Source: Strigamia acuminata
Taxonomy: Eukaryota
Length of the DNA: 64,000 bases
Assembly: GCA_949358305.1 (NCBI GenBank)
Contig: OX442314.1
Span: forward strand, 18,724,001-18,788,000
Reading direction: 5' to 3'
The position numbers and the translations under genes are program-made. The stretch's first letter is position 1. The number at the start of each line of letters is the position of its first letter. Below the pieces are notes generated by a model. That model saw only the letters and a program-made list of their open reading frames with translations, was not told the origin of the DNA and did not search any database. Shown here piece after piece: positions 13,601 through 27,736 of this stretch.

Positions 13601-16500
13601 TAATAAATTACTTCAAAACAAATTCTACTACGGTAGTAGAAATATACAGATTTCCTAGTTATTTATTGAAGTGCAGTAATTACGATACACTTACTCTGTG
13701 GATGCGATATTTGTAGCGAATCATTTCTGATCTGAATCCAGGTTCTATGGGAACCTCGGTGTCTTCGAGGACAGCCTGATTGGATATTATAAGCGACATT
13801 TTAGTTTAGAATAAAAAATAAAAAATAAATAAATTGTATTTTTATACTATGGCAGTCCATTGACGATCGATAGAATATTGACCCATGTGAGCTCCAATTT
13901 GAACGTCATTCCAACAAATGCTGCACAACAATGGATACGCATCCTATAACATAAAAATTAAATATTTTTAAGTTTCATATTACATTATATGTCAATGGAA
14001 AATGTTTACCTCACGATTAAAATCGGGCCAATTCTCACGATACGTGATAATTGGTAAATTATAACTTGATAGAAAAGCGTACATGGCACGAGTTAGTGAA
14101 TTACTCCCAAATCCAATAATTGCCAAAATCTGTTCTTTTGAATCTTCCTAAATGTTACAATAAGTAACGAGTTACGATAACAACCAAGAAAAATAGCCAC
14201 ACCTACCTCACTTTCGGATATCATGTCAATAAAAGAATTTAAAGCTTTAGAAAAGTTCTGTTCGGTGTTGTACACTTTTAAATTAATTGTGATGTCTAAA
14301 ATACGGTAAGGGATATACAGTATCTCAATAATTTATGAAATAAATAATAAAGTAAAAAGAAAAACGAGAATTTACTAGAATCCGTTAAATACTGAAACTG
14401 GCCTTTAAATAATTCAGGGTTATTATTTAAATCTTCTACAGCAAATTTAACGAAGGTCTGTAACACGGGATCCGGATCATCTGTCAAGCCTGCAGTGTCA
14501 AACCGGCCGAATAAACCAATATTGACAACACCTAAACGCCAAATATTCATTTTATAATTGTCATTTTAAAAGTTTAACATTTTTAACCCGTAATCAAATA
14601 GCTCTTGGAGTTTCCCGACTGCAAATTCTTTTGCGTCCTGTTTACAAAAGAAGTAAAATAAAACTGCATATCGTCAACTACGAACTCGCAGACAGCTCCC
14701 AAATATCGAGCCAATCCTCTATGTGTTCTGAAAACTGTGGCGTTTTTACAAAATTGAACAGTCTGATTTGTGTTAATTTGAATAACCTGAATTTAAAAAA
14801 AATATATACATAAAAATATAAATATAAATCATTATAAATCAAGAATTGAAAAAATAATTATTAGGTCAAAAAATATCTCAGTTTTGTAAAACAAACATGG
14901 GATGAAACACCAAATAATTCGTACCAAACTTGAGTCGGGGCCGGAAAAAATTCGACGTCCAGCATTATCCACTACAATCACCCACAATCCTGGAAACTGA
15001 AAATGAGGTACCACATACTCAATTTCATTACTTCTGACTTCGAATAACTGCAATCCATCTGCTTCTTGTTCTACAAGCAAAATTCAAAAATAAAAACAAA
15101 ATATGAACATTTCCCAAGTAAACTCACCAGTGACTTTTAAGCCTGTCATTTTTATAGCCTCTGCTGACACACAATTTTCATTCCAAGTGTACAATTCCTC
15201 AACATCCATTTCACTGCACGCAGGTTCACAAAATTGAATATTGACTAGCATGTCTTCAGAGCTTAACGTTTCAGTTATGACACAATTTCTGTCAAGAATG
15301 ATCTGCGGCAACGCAGTTCCGATTCGAGGCAGTATCAGTGTAGCATTTAGAAAAATTGCACTGTACACGTCTTCAATTACGACATTTTTAAACTCAACAA
15401 GTCCATTTTGAGCGCGTTTATGAAGAACTTGATCGTAATTACGAAACGACGTGATCACTTGGTCTCCCGATAATAAAGCTTTTGTGGTATGCAAAAAATC
15501 TTGCCGATATGGGTCGCTAAAGAATAATTTATATTGGTAGGCTATGGTCACTTCTACAATCAAACTGGAATCCAATCCAGTTTCAATTCTCTCATTCGTA
15601 TTATGGTCAACTATTTCCAAATTAATGTTAAAGTAGTGATTAGCAGGTATTTCATCCGATTGTTTTGGAGTTATCCACTTTAACTCAGCAATCCCTGAAA
15701 TTTGGTAACTATAAATCCACTTTCCCTCATTCTGTCTCCAATAAAAATTATAATTATTACGTGAAAACACTTTTATAGGATTCGTTGTAACGAGCAAAGA
15801 CGACACCGAAAATCCAATTTCTCGTAACACAAATTCTTCATCGACATTATTTATCGTGTGATATAATCCTTGAGCGATAAGTAAATTTCCACGAATCGAC
15901 ACAGGAGGGAGTGCCAAAGTACTGGACAAAACATCTTCTTTACTGCAATACGTTCTAACCGACAAAAATAACCATAAGTACTTTATAGTATACTGTTAAT
16001 TGAATTTATTAAACAACTTACTTGAAGTAAGGGCCATTGGTGTCGAATCTATGAGGATCCCACAAATCAAAATCGTTAGCAGCGAACTGACACATTTTTA
16101 TGGTTGCTTCACCGGAGACGTTGCTTTCAATTGGAATTGACTGAATCGTAAATACTTTAGGATGATCTTCTGACGAGTACATTGGATGATCGGGACTAAT
16201 GCCTTCGGTTGAATTTAGTTTGCATAAGTATGCTATAATAGGTCTACTGATACGTTGGTTCGTGGAAACTGAATATATGGAATCACCATCATTCTCTGGC
16301 TCTTCCATGGGCGGGAAATAATTTTTAAACGGTCCCGTGTCCGGGAAACAAATTTCAAATCCCACATCTGCTAAAAGAAAAAAAGAAAATTAAATTATAC
16401 TACCAAATGCAATTAATTACGGAGCCCCACCTTGCAAAGAAACAATCTTCAGTGTGCTAACTAAAAACATTAAAAAGAAATAATTATTTAAGTCGACCAT
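7642..16500 (-). CDS. Single-pass receptor guanylyl cyclase-like protein: signal peptide, unknown repeat region, ANF-receptor-type domain, EGF-like repeats, TM, kinase-homology domain, cyclase domain
   Basis: Signal peptide [17 protein letters not shown] at 16500. Kinase homology [41 protein letters not shown]. Cyclase motifs [45 protein letters not shown] introns throughout. Confidence 0.88.
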
Positions 16501-16710
16501 TTCTCGTTAGCACATTTCAACAATGGTGTTAAGGAAATTATTGTTGCTTTTGTAATTCACTGTAGTTTCAAAATTTATTGATTACAGTTGACTCTTGTAC
16601 AGTATTGAAAATGTGAAATTAAAAATATTTAAAACAATGAATCGCAATTTACAATTTTCATCATGAAAAACAAAATAGTGATATCCGACATTTTTTTCTC
16701 AAACCAAGTC

Positions 16711-19676
16711 TCAAAACTTTAAATTAAATCCCGCTCCTTTCGACGCCTGACCCTCGTATGGAATATTCATATGAAATCCTGCGGATGAGAATTCAGCTTC
16801 ATCAGCATCCCCCTAAACAAATCAGAAAAAAAAGTTATAAAACCAATTTCCATTCACCCATTTCATCAGAGAAAACCAAAATCTACAGAGAGAGAGAAAG
16901 AGCGAAAGATACTTGCCGCTTACCAGTTGTTTGTATTGTTTGCCTCCCGAAGGAGGTTTCGGACTGTGCGTAGTCCGATTGTGTCCCAATTCACTTTTAG
17001 CTGGCCACGTTGGAAACATATGAGGAGCTACTGGCAATGGAGATTCGGTGAAATAGCCATGTTGCAAAGCTTTTTCAGCAGTTATACGAGAAGCTGGATT
17101 GTACGTTAAAAACCTGTTAAACACATTTAAAAATATAAATTAATTGTCAAATAATTGATACAAAACTCTTCTTCACCTATTCATTAGGTCGAAACCAAGA
17201 TTGGTCAAGCTTTGTGCGAAACGGCCTCTCAGTGTGTGATAAGGGACTTGTGCAAATAACATTTTCTTCACCAGAGGCAAGTCGCTGTATCCGGGCCAAA
17301 TAGTGTCGTTAGGTGTTCCTAAATCCTTATAAACCCTATTTAGTTGATCTCGTTGCGAGGTGCCGGGAAATAAAGGCTTCATGGTCAGCAGTTCACCAAA
17401 TATGCAACCAACTGACCACATATCAATGGGAGTTGAATATTCCTGTAAAAAAAAATTATTTTAAAAAATGAAAATATCAAACTTTTTAAATAAAATTAAA
17501 AATATATACAAATTCTTACTTTTGCCCCTAGTAGTAATTCGGGTGCTCGATACCACAGCGTTACCACAACGGGCGTGTACTGTTTCAATGGTGAGCCGTA
17601 TTCTCTCGCTAAGCCAAAATCTCCAACCTACAATAAAAATAAATAATATAATCAATTATGGAAAAAGGTTTATAAATTACCTTCAAAATCCCCTTGTGGC
17701 TTAACAGTAAATTTGATGTTTTCAAGTCTCGATGCAGTATCCAATTGTCATGCAAATGCGCAACGGCACGCAGTAATTGACTCATCAATGTTTTCACTTC
17801 ACCGATTATAAATGGCTGTTTCATCGTCTCCATGAGACTCTTTAAATCGTGTTCAACATAATCCATCACGATGTAAATTTTATCCATATTACTCCCGACC
17901 ACAATTTCCTATTTATCACAATAAATAAAATAAAAAATTATTTCCAACAACTTATTGCATAATTAAACCTCTTACCCGAACTGTGACAATATTCGGGTGC
18001 TGAGCTTTAAGCAGCGTGTTTACTTCCCTCAAAGAAGTAATTGGAAACCCTTCCTTTTCCTTCTCCATTTTCAGCCGTTTTAATGCAACAATATCATCTA
18101 AAAACAAAAAAATATTTATATTCCACGAAACAAATAATTATTTAATAATTCCGTACTTGTCCGCTTGTCCCTGGCTCTATAAACGACGCCGTAAGTGCCT
18201 TCCTCAATTCTATTGAGACAATGAAACTCCTCTACGCTTCGGCACCCGTTAATGGCTGGCAAGAACGGTGGTAATTCAGGTTTTTCTTCCGGTAATGGCT
18301 GCGAATTATTTTTATCTACATCGGACTGCAGTTCATTTTCCATTTCCATCACCAATTCTTCCAAGCCCTTCTCGGGTTCCGAATGCTCTCCATCTTCGGA
18401 TGTTTTTTCACTGCCGCTATCTATAAAAAAACGTAAACGTTTCAATTATTAACAACTCTTTAACCAATATTTACATTCCGGTACCACTTTTTGATTTTTC
18501 CGATTTTATTTCCTCCTCCTCTTCCTCTGACGCGCTCGAATTGCTCGAAACATTACTCGGCGCGCTGTGTTCGCTCTCTTCTTCCACGGACTCTCTTCCT
18601 TCGCTAGATTGGCCTTCCTCCTCCTCCTCCTCTTTCTCACTAGCCACCATCTGCAGGCCATCTTCTTCCTGCTCGTCATCATCTTCATCTACGTCTTCAA
18701 CGACCATCGACATGCCTTGACGACTTAATTTTAACGCGATCATTCTAGGTGAGCGTCTCATCTGTTTTCCAGGATTTTCAGCTTCTACGACCTTTTCCCT
18801 GTGCGATTCCTTCGATTTCTTATCTCTGGGGCTACGACTTCTCTTCCTAATTCTGGGTTCTATCTCGGGTTCCCGTCGTCGCGTCGGTTCGACCTCTCTC
18901 CTTTGCCTTTCGCGTCTTTCCCTATCTCTCTCTGCCATTAGAAAACGATCTCTGCGCCTTTCTCTATCCATCCATTCCTGTCGTTCCCTAGAACAAATAT
19001 CGTTTAGTTGTTCTAGGTTGTTCTAGGAATGGGTGGATTAATCAAAATTAAACGAATTACCGTTCCCTGTCGTCTCTCTCCTTTTCTCTTTCACGTTCCC
19101 TGATTCTTTCTCGCGCATCTCTAGTTTCCATACGCCCGTCTCCTCGTCCTCCGCGCCTTGGGACGTCTTCTCTGTGCCGCCGTTCTCTAACGTTTGGTCG
19201 CCCGTCGTTTGGTTGTCGACTAACACTCGCGCCATATTCGTAACCTCTGTGTCGTTCTTTGCCACTCCGACGTGCTGTAAATACACGCGTGTTTTGAATA
19301 GTAATTTTTAATTGGAAACGAAAATGTAACCCAAAGTTGCACATTCATAAGGAAAATTTCATTTGTAATTTTTTTTTTATAACTAGAAGAATTTTTGGCA
19401 TTTTAAAATTATTTTTCCGAATGTAATTTAGAAGCAGCGTGAACCTTCTGCTTTATGACTGTGTTTGTCCTTCCTATCACCTCTGTCTCTTCTTTGTGAT
19501 TTTTCTTTGTAAGTTGTTGCTTGCGGTGGCTTTATGTCCAGCGAATCTTCGGTGCCGTCTTCTCTGCTCGATGGGCTGTCGCCTTCCGGTGGTTCGGGCG
19601 GAGTTCTCGGACCTCTTCTAGGAACAAATTCGTCCTCCTGTAATTCCCCATCCTCGCTGTAATCAGAGTCGGACAT
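16711..19676 (-). CDS. CDK11: Cyclin-dependent kinase 11 (PITSLRE)
   Basis: RE/RD-rich and poly-Glu N-terminus, [54 protein letters not shown]-terminal GFNLKF*. Confidence 0.96.
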
Positions 19677-20027
19677 AATAACAATCTAAAAAGTAAAATA
19701 TAAAACAATTTTGTTATTAATATCTCAAAGAATTCGTGACGAATTAAAATTGTATTTACTTAGCTGTTGTCTGGTCAAATTGGAGCGAAAAACTGTTGTT
19801 TCGTTGTTGATACACACTCACCGCTACCAATCACACATAGTTAGATTTGTCCTGTCGCAATCCGTTTCTGGTTTTCAACACTGCTAAAATCGACACAAAG
19901 AGATTACGCAAGTTCCTGGTGGTGAAACAAGCTACTATAAAAATCAGGCTGAAACCTGTTGTGTTGGTATTGGTCGGTTTCCAAAGCCGCGCCACGCAAC
20001 GGGATTGCGCGAAAGTAACAAACCGGC

Positions 20028-21907
20028 ATGATGGCGAGAATTTCTCAATTAATATTCTCTTTGGTTGTTTTTATTTCTGCATTCTGCTCGATCAGCTGCA
20101 GTCGAAGAACGTTGGTTTTACTCGACAATTTAGCCATACGTGAAACGCATTCCATTTTTTTTAAATCGTTGCAAGGTGAGTTATTTCTACACTATAATGT
20201 TCCTTTCGGAAAATGGAATCACTCGTTTCACGTCATCACATTTTTTTTTTTTTTTTTTTTAAATATTTTTTAAATTTCTAATATTAATTTATTTAACAGA
20301 TCGCGGCTATGAATTGACTTACAAACCAGCAGATGATTCCAACCTAGCTTTGGTTAAATACGGAAAATTTCTATATGATAACCTTGTAATATTTTCTCCC
20401 TCAGTTGAAGGTAATCGTTATATATTGACGATTGAAATTGAAATAAATTTACAAATGATCCATTTTAGAATTCGGCGGTTCGCTCTCTCTGGAAGCTATT
20501 ACAAATTTTATAGATGGAGGCGGAAACATATTAGTTGCTGCCAGCTCCGACGTCAGTAAGTGTGAAAATATTGCACAAATTTAAAAATAACGCAAGAAAA
20601 ATGGAAAAATTCTACCATTAAATGATCGTACTTAAAATTTCAGGCGACTTAATCCGAGATATTGCAAGTGAATGTGGATTTGAAGCTGATGAAGAAGGAG
20701 CCAGTGTTATCGATCATTTAAATTACGATCTAGCAGATGAAGGCAAAGTAAATACATTAAATCTTTTAATTATCTGTCTTTTTCTAAATGTGTCTATTTT
20801 TCTAGCACACACTTATTGTAGCAGATCCGAGCAATTTAATTGACGCACCCACCATAATCGGCAATAAAAACATTCCACCGATACTTTATAGAGGAGTGGG
20901 GTACGAAATTTTAAAATATTTAAAATACTAGTTGTAAAATAAGTATTTTTTAGTCTGGTGTCCGACAAAGAAAATCCGCTGGTTCTTGAAATTTTGAGTG
21001 CGTCATCTTCGGCTTACTCGTACAATCCTGACAACAAAATTACCGAAGTATTGCGATTTATCAAATTTTACTTATATTTTTTCTAAAATTAATTGTATTT
21101 AATTACAGTACCCACACGCAGTTGGAAAAAACACACTTTTGATCGCGGCGTTGCAAGCCAGAAACAACGCCAGGATTTTGTTTTCAGGATCCTTAGACTT
21201 TTTCAGTGATGAATTTTTCACTTCAGCCGTTCAAAAGGCATTCGGTGGAAAACGGTACGAAAGATCTGGAAACCAAGCTCTCGCCACGGCTTTGTCGCAG
21301 TGGGTGTTTAAAGAACATGGGGTTCTGCGTGTAGGAAAGGTGAATCATCACCTCGTGGGAGAGAAGGAAGCTCCTTCAGCTTACACAATTTTGGAAGATG
21401 TGGTACGTTAGATTTGACCAGATTGGAGGCATTTTTGATTGATTGTTGGCATTTTATAGGTTTATACCATTGAAATTTCGATATTAAACAAAGACCAGTG
21501 GTTGCCTTTTGATGCCAAAGACGTTCAGTTGGAATTCGTTCGTATCGATCCATTCGTGCGCACAAATCTGAAGAAGAAAGGCAGCGTTTACGAAACTCGT
21601 TTTAAAATCCCCGATGTTTATGGCGTTTATCAATTTAAAGTGGATTATAACCGCGTAGGTTATACACATTTATTTAGTACTACTCAGGTAAATTGATAGT
21701 TTAATGTTACTTTTATGCAGTTTTTATGGATTGATGCGATTGTTGTTTCAGGTTTCCGTCAGGCCACTTGAACACACTCAGTACGAGCGATTTATAGCTT
21801 CTGCTTACCCGTATTACGCCGGTGCTTTTTCGATGATGTTTGGTGTTTTTATATTCAGTTTCATCTTCATTCATCACAAGGACAGTTCTAAAGATAAAAC
21901 TGAATAA
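20028..21907 (+). CDS. DDOST: Oligosaccharyltransferase 48 kDa subunit (OST48/WBP1)
   Basis: Signal peptide, [66 protein letters not shown] helix and C-terminal KDKTE. Confidence 0.97.
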
Positions 21908-22896
21908 AAATTAACTGTAATGTTTCATTTACAAATAAATAAACGGTTAACAAATAAAATGAATTGAAGGTAATATTTTTGCGGTTTAGCAGTGACTGAC
22001 ATATTGATTACAAAACGAGGAAACTAAAATGTAGCAACAAAAAAATGATTTCATAAATCTGAGAAACCACGTCGAGTTCAAACAGCTAAAAATGGAACTT
22101 AATGTGAGGAAAAAGTCCAGGCTTGCCAACAGTTGGAATAAATAAATTATTGCGGAGGATATTTAGCCTTAACTCGTATTAAAAGAAAATTAATCAATAG
22201 GTGGTGATCGAGAACACCTGGTCCTGTCAAATGATAATAAGATCTCGTCAAGAATAGATATATTTTCAAGGGGAAAGATTGCCAAAGAATGTGGGCAAAC
22301 CAGACGCCAAAACAAAAACAAGAACGAATAAATTATACCTAAAGTCTTTCCTGACGAAGAAAAACAAGAAAACTGAGGGTTTTATGTCACCAGTTCCTAA
22401 CCACCATCAGTACCATAATTTAAATGAAGGGAATGTGCATTAATACTTTTTGTGATACGAATAAAAATTAAGTATAACTTGATTTCGAACAAAAAAGTTT
22501 ACAATTTTTAATTTATCTAAAATTAATACAGGTTGTTATCACAGATAATTAGAAATTTAAATTATTTTTTTTAAAAAAAAAAAAGAATATAATAATATAG
22601 AACACAAGAAACAAATTTTTTCATCTTCCAAGGGTTAAAAGTTAAATATAATCACAGTCGTAGACATAGAAGATTAAGACTTAAAAGATAAGAATCTTTT
22701 TGACTAGTTTAGAGTTAAGATATGTAGCAGAATACTGATAATGACAAACAAGAAAACAAAAACGAAACAGAAGTTCAAAAACAAAAAACAACGCTTATGA
22801 ACAGGAAAAACTTTGAAAGATCTTCCTGAATTGATGCATTTTCCCGACTAATTTCACTATTAGTCGAAGCATCAAATACTTCTATCAATCTTCAAA

Positions 22897-24859
22897 TCAC
22901 ACAACCCTTTTTCTGCCATTATTCTTAAATCGAGGTACAAATTTGAGTTTTTTTCGGGAAACTTCAACCTTATCTTCATCCTTTACATAAATTTCAAATT
23001 TCCCTTCCACTTTCTTCTCTTTCTTTATTGATTTTTTTCCACTTTGCGGTGAGTTAGATGAAACAACTGGTTCCTCCTTTTCAGTTTTCAAGGTCACTGT
23101 TATTAATTAGAATTATCTAGTATTTTTCTTTTTAACGCACAAATTAAATTAAAAATACCTTTTCCAGTGCGGCCTTTAGATATTTTCTCTAACGGTTTCC
23201 TCACATGTTTATGCAAATTCTCTTTTTCCACATGGGGCGACAATTTCCTTGAACGCTTGGGTAAGTTTCCTGTATTTATTTCGGCTGATGATTTCCTCGA
23301 TTGTTTGCCAAAATAAGTGCCTTTCAATGCATAAGCTGCAAATCCAAATTTGTCGATTCGTTCCTACAAATACATTTACAAACACATCAAATTAGGTATC
23401 CTACTCTTCCTCGGGTTTAATTCAAAAACTCGTACCTTAAAACCCATTTGCGAAGCCTCGGCAGCTTGTTTTTTAGCAGCTTCGATTCGTCTAAAATAAT
23501 AATTCTTTCCTCTCGTCTAAATTCGCAGAAAAATCGTTATAATATCTCACAGTAATATACACATATATTTTTAAATCAGTTTACATTTGTCCTTGTTCCA
23601 CCATTCGGTCCAAATGGTTGCATTTTCTTAACAGGAATCCAACTACGCCAAATTTTATGATCCCAAAACACAACATGGCATTCTGTCTATTAATTAATTA
23701 TTCATAAGAATAAAAAATTACAAACGAAGGATTTTTTTTTAAAGCAAACATTTTAATGAATTACCGGAATTGTATTTTCGTCAGTCCGAAAACACCGACC
23801 TTCGTCAGGATCATTGTCAACGACACCGGGCCACCTTTTTAAACAAATGGTAAAATTTCAAATGTTTAAACTAAAAGATAAATTTTTACCATGGTAATGA
23901 GTTAAATTTAGCCCAAACAATTGATCCACGAACAAATTTATTGCGTACATATTTCGCTTCCATTTCATCAGTCCAGTCATCTGGTTCAGCGTTGCACTTA
24001 TTATCTGAAAATTAAAATTAAAATTTAATTTATTATTATTTTTCCTTTTTTTTAAATTTTCTGTTTACTTGGAGTCATTGAACAATTCCAATTTTCAATA
24101 ATTTCAACAGGATAGCTGACATTCTTTAAATATCTCCATTTTGTACACAAAGCACATTCAACCCAGACTCCCAATGGCGTTTTAATTTGTGTATTCCCAT
24201 CCAAGTCTAATTTCTTGTTGCTCAATCGGCCAAACTGCAACTTGTTGACATTGCGAGCTGTTTTTATCTTTCGAGCGGTTAATTTCCGTTGTACTTTTAT
24301 CGCAACGTTTGGAACATTTTTCATTCGGTTTTCAGTATCGGAAATTGTTGGAGTAACTTCACAATTCGAGTTCCCAGAGTTTTCCAATCTTGACAAAAAA
24401 ACAAAAGAAAACACGATTAATTTTTTTTAAAAAATTATGAATTTTAGAATGACGATGAAATTTTTACTCGTTATTTGGATTTTCATCTTCCATTTCCGAC
24501 TCTACTTCTTTTTGGTCATCAGACTCATCGTAGTCCCCAAATAAGTCCTCATCGCCATCCGGCACGACTTGAGCATGATCTGCTTAAATAATAATAATGA
24601 ATATAATTGCACGTTAGCATTTATTTAACTATAGGAATGATGATTACGTTTATTCGACCGTTTATCACGAAACAAATTGTCATTTTTCTGAACTTTTTGA
24701 CGTTCAGAAATTCTGTTTTTATTGACGGTTACGAGCTCTGCCAAAAAACAGACAAATTTCAATGAGTAAACCGAAAAAAATGTTATAATGAAGAAACCTA
24801 CGTTTTACAGGCTTCTGCGAAAAATACGTTTCATTGTCAACCTCGTTTTCTTTATCCAT
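22897..24859 (-). CDS. zf-CW plus PWWP domain protein (ZCWPW1/2-like)
   Basis: zf-CW WVECALCTKWRYL...WNCSM...C at about 23990-24170. PWWP GSIVWAKFNSLPWWPGVVDNDPD spliced across 23800-23930. Basic C-terminus. Confidence 0.8.
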
Positions 24860-25503
24860 TTTTTTTAACTTTGACAAAAGAGAATAACTTGCCACCACAC
24901 GAAGATTCACGCTCCCGCCAAGTTCTCCCACCCAAATTTGTACATCAAAGTCGATTGGTTAATTTAACGGCAAATCCGGGGTGGATCCCGCTCTAATGAC
25001 GTATATTGTTGTCTTGAATTAATACTTGAAAGGAAATGTTTAGCTCCTCCAGATAATTACATCATTCACATCTTATGTTAATTAAGTTGAGTTATCGAAA
25101 ACGAGAACCGTATTTCACGAATAGCCATATAAACTGAAAGAGTTGAAAAGCAAAGATCCTGTAAAAGTGATCAAGTTTATTTAGTGATTAAATTATTATG
25201 AATCGAATACTATTTTAATATGAATTGGTTCGGAATCGATGTATCTTAAGAAGTATTAATAATGGAAGACGAAAAAAAACGTAGGACGAGCGTTTTCTGT
25301 TATTAAAACGAAACGATTCGTTACGCCAAATTATAAAACTCCGTTTGACAATTTATTTTCTAAAAATAGGTATGAATAATTTCATTTTATTGAAAGCAAG
25401 TTGAATTATATAGAACGATATGCACTTGAATCGAAAAACCTTCCTTCCTAAATGATTTCTTTCCCGTTTTAGTAGAAGCCTGCAGCGTATCTATTAACGT
25501 TTC

Positions 25504-25642
25504 TGACGTCATTCAAAATAACCACCTATTGGAAAATTATTACGTTTCAGACGTCACGATCACAACCAACACAGTTTTTAGACGCGGTCAGTTTTTGTCG
25601 GCTATAAATACCCCTTACAATGAACGAGACAGACATTCAGTT
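25504..25642 (+). promoter_or_regulatory. Candidate MEPCE core promoter: CRE palindrome, TATA box, Inr-like element
   Basis: TGACGTCA 25504-25511, TATAAATA 25603-25610, TCAGTT 25637-25642. TATA-to-Inr spacing is slightly longer than canonical. Confidence 0.4.
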
Positions 25643-25946
25643 TGAGCTGAGCTTCTGCGAGGTAGTAAGTACTTTATTTTGCACGATAACCGTGAAATTT
25701 TTAACGTATTTTATTCCAATTCTAGTCACCACGAATCGTAATCTTTCGTTTAACTCTATACTCGGCGCTGAAGCTGTAAATCAGACGGTTAGTCGAGGCT
25801 CAGAACGCAAAGGATAAGGAGACAAGCAGTCGATCGAAAATGCGCCATTTGCAAGCGCCCCCCTAAGGCAGCGCTGTAAATCAAATTTGGAGTAGGATCC
25901 AGAACTGGATCCAGAAGTCGACTAACTCCGCCCATTTAAAGCATCG

Positions 25947-27736
25947 ATGCCACAAAGTCCAGAAATGGCTTCAAATTTAAAAATACAAACTGCAGGAAAA
26001 TATGACATTGTTTCAATGCATAAAGACTTGTCTTCATCGCCGTTGAAAAAGACGAGCTGTTTGAAAAGAAATGATTTTTCCCTCAAAACAAAACGAAAAA
26101 ACAGTTTCGGGACGTCCGAAACGAAATTCAACGGACCGCCGTTCAAGAAGAAAAACAAAAGTGGACGTGTTCCTCCAACCAAATTTTTGCTCGGTGGAAA
26201 TATCAACGATCCGTTGAACCTGGGAAGTTTGGCCAACGAAGAAATCAACCGAAGCCTCAACGAAAGCACTCCATATTCATCGCCCATGCCCACACCCAAA
26301 CACCGGACACAAGTCGAAGTGCTAATCCCCCAAAACATTAACGATCCGCTGAATCTGAACGCGGGGGACGATGCCAACCTAGAATTAAGTTTCACTTCAC
26401 CTAAGAGTAAACGGCGTAAATACCGCAAGAGGAAGAAACAAGCTTCGGGGGACCTGGACAGTTCCGGAGAGAAGTTGTCGGAGGAATGCGCGGACGAACC
26501 AGAGGCGAAGAAACCAAATGCCGACACGACGGAATCGCCGACGGTTAAAACGGAGGAGACTCGGTCACATATCAAAACGAAAAGAACGGAAGATAAAATA
26601 GTTTCGCCGGTTATACCTCAGCCAGGAATGCGAAAGAGGTCGAATACGTATCCCAAGTCACGAGAAGAGCAGGAAAAAGAAGCGGTGGTCTCGAACCCGG
26701 ACTTGCCGAATGTTGTCAAGAAGCCAGTGCATAAAGAGAAAAAAAAGGAGACGAAAACAAATTTTCGGGCGAAGGATGTTCAGTTCCAGTACGGGAATTA
26801 CAACAGATATTACGGGTACAGGAATCCCGACAACATAGAAGATTATCGATTGAAGTGCATGAATTCCAGTTGGTTCGAGGGCAAAGATATTTTAGACATT
26901 GGCTGCAATGTTGGTTTTGTGACCATTTCCATAGCCAAGGATTTCAAGCCGCAGAAAATCATAGGAATGGACATAGATAATAATTTGATCAAATCCGCGA
27001 GGAATAATGTTCGCCATTACATCAATAATATCAGTGGTGACACGAGTGCATTTCCCAAATCATTGGCGATTTGTTACGGACCTTTAATAACGCAATATCC
27101 CAACGAAGAGGCGACACCTACGTTTCCAAATAATCTATTTTTTGTTCAGGTAATGAGAGATAAGTGCTTTTGTTTTCTCGGTTTTAATTTTATTTATTTA
27201 TTGTGCAGGGAAATTACGTGCTGGATTCGAATAAGGAGATAGAAAAGCAGAAAGCCGAGTACGATACGATTCTTTGCTTGAGTCTTACGAAATGGATTCA
27301 TCTGAATTGGGGCGACGAGGGCCTTAAACGGCTTTTTAAACGGATGTACGCGCATTTAAGACCGGGGGGACGGATGATTCTAGAGGCTCAATCTTGGGCT
27401 TCGTACACGAAGAAAAAGAAGTTAACGGAAACGACGTTGAAAAACTATCATCGCATTCAATTCAAACCTCAACAGTTTACAGAATATTTACTGTCAAAAG
27501 AAGTTGGCTTTACAACGTGTGAAGTTATTGACACACCTTTTAATCAGTCAAAAGGTAATTTATTATATTCATTTTGTAAGAAATAATATTAAACTAATTT
27601 TGTTTTTCTTTCGTTAGGTTTTCGCCGACCAATTCAACTTTTTACCAAAGGCAAGAATGATTTATCGCCGGGAGTTTCGGATGTAGGAGTACATTCGACG
27701 AAAGAAAAATCAGAAAAAATTATTGAAAAAATTTAG
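25947..27736 (+). CDS. MEPCE: 7SK snRNA methylphosphate capping enzyme (Bin3)
   Basis: [70 protein letters not shown]. Three coding exons. Confidence 0.95.

Noticed and set aside
25922..26575. 217-aa minus-strand ORF
   Set aside because: Antisense shadow of MEPCE with no recognisable motifs.
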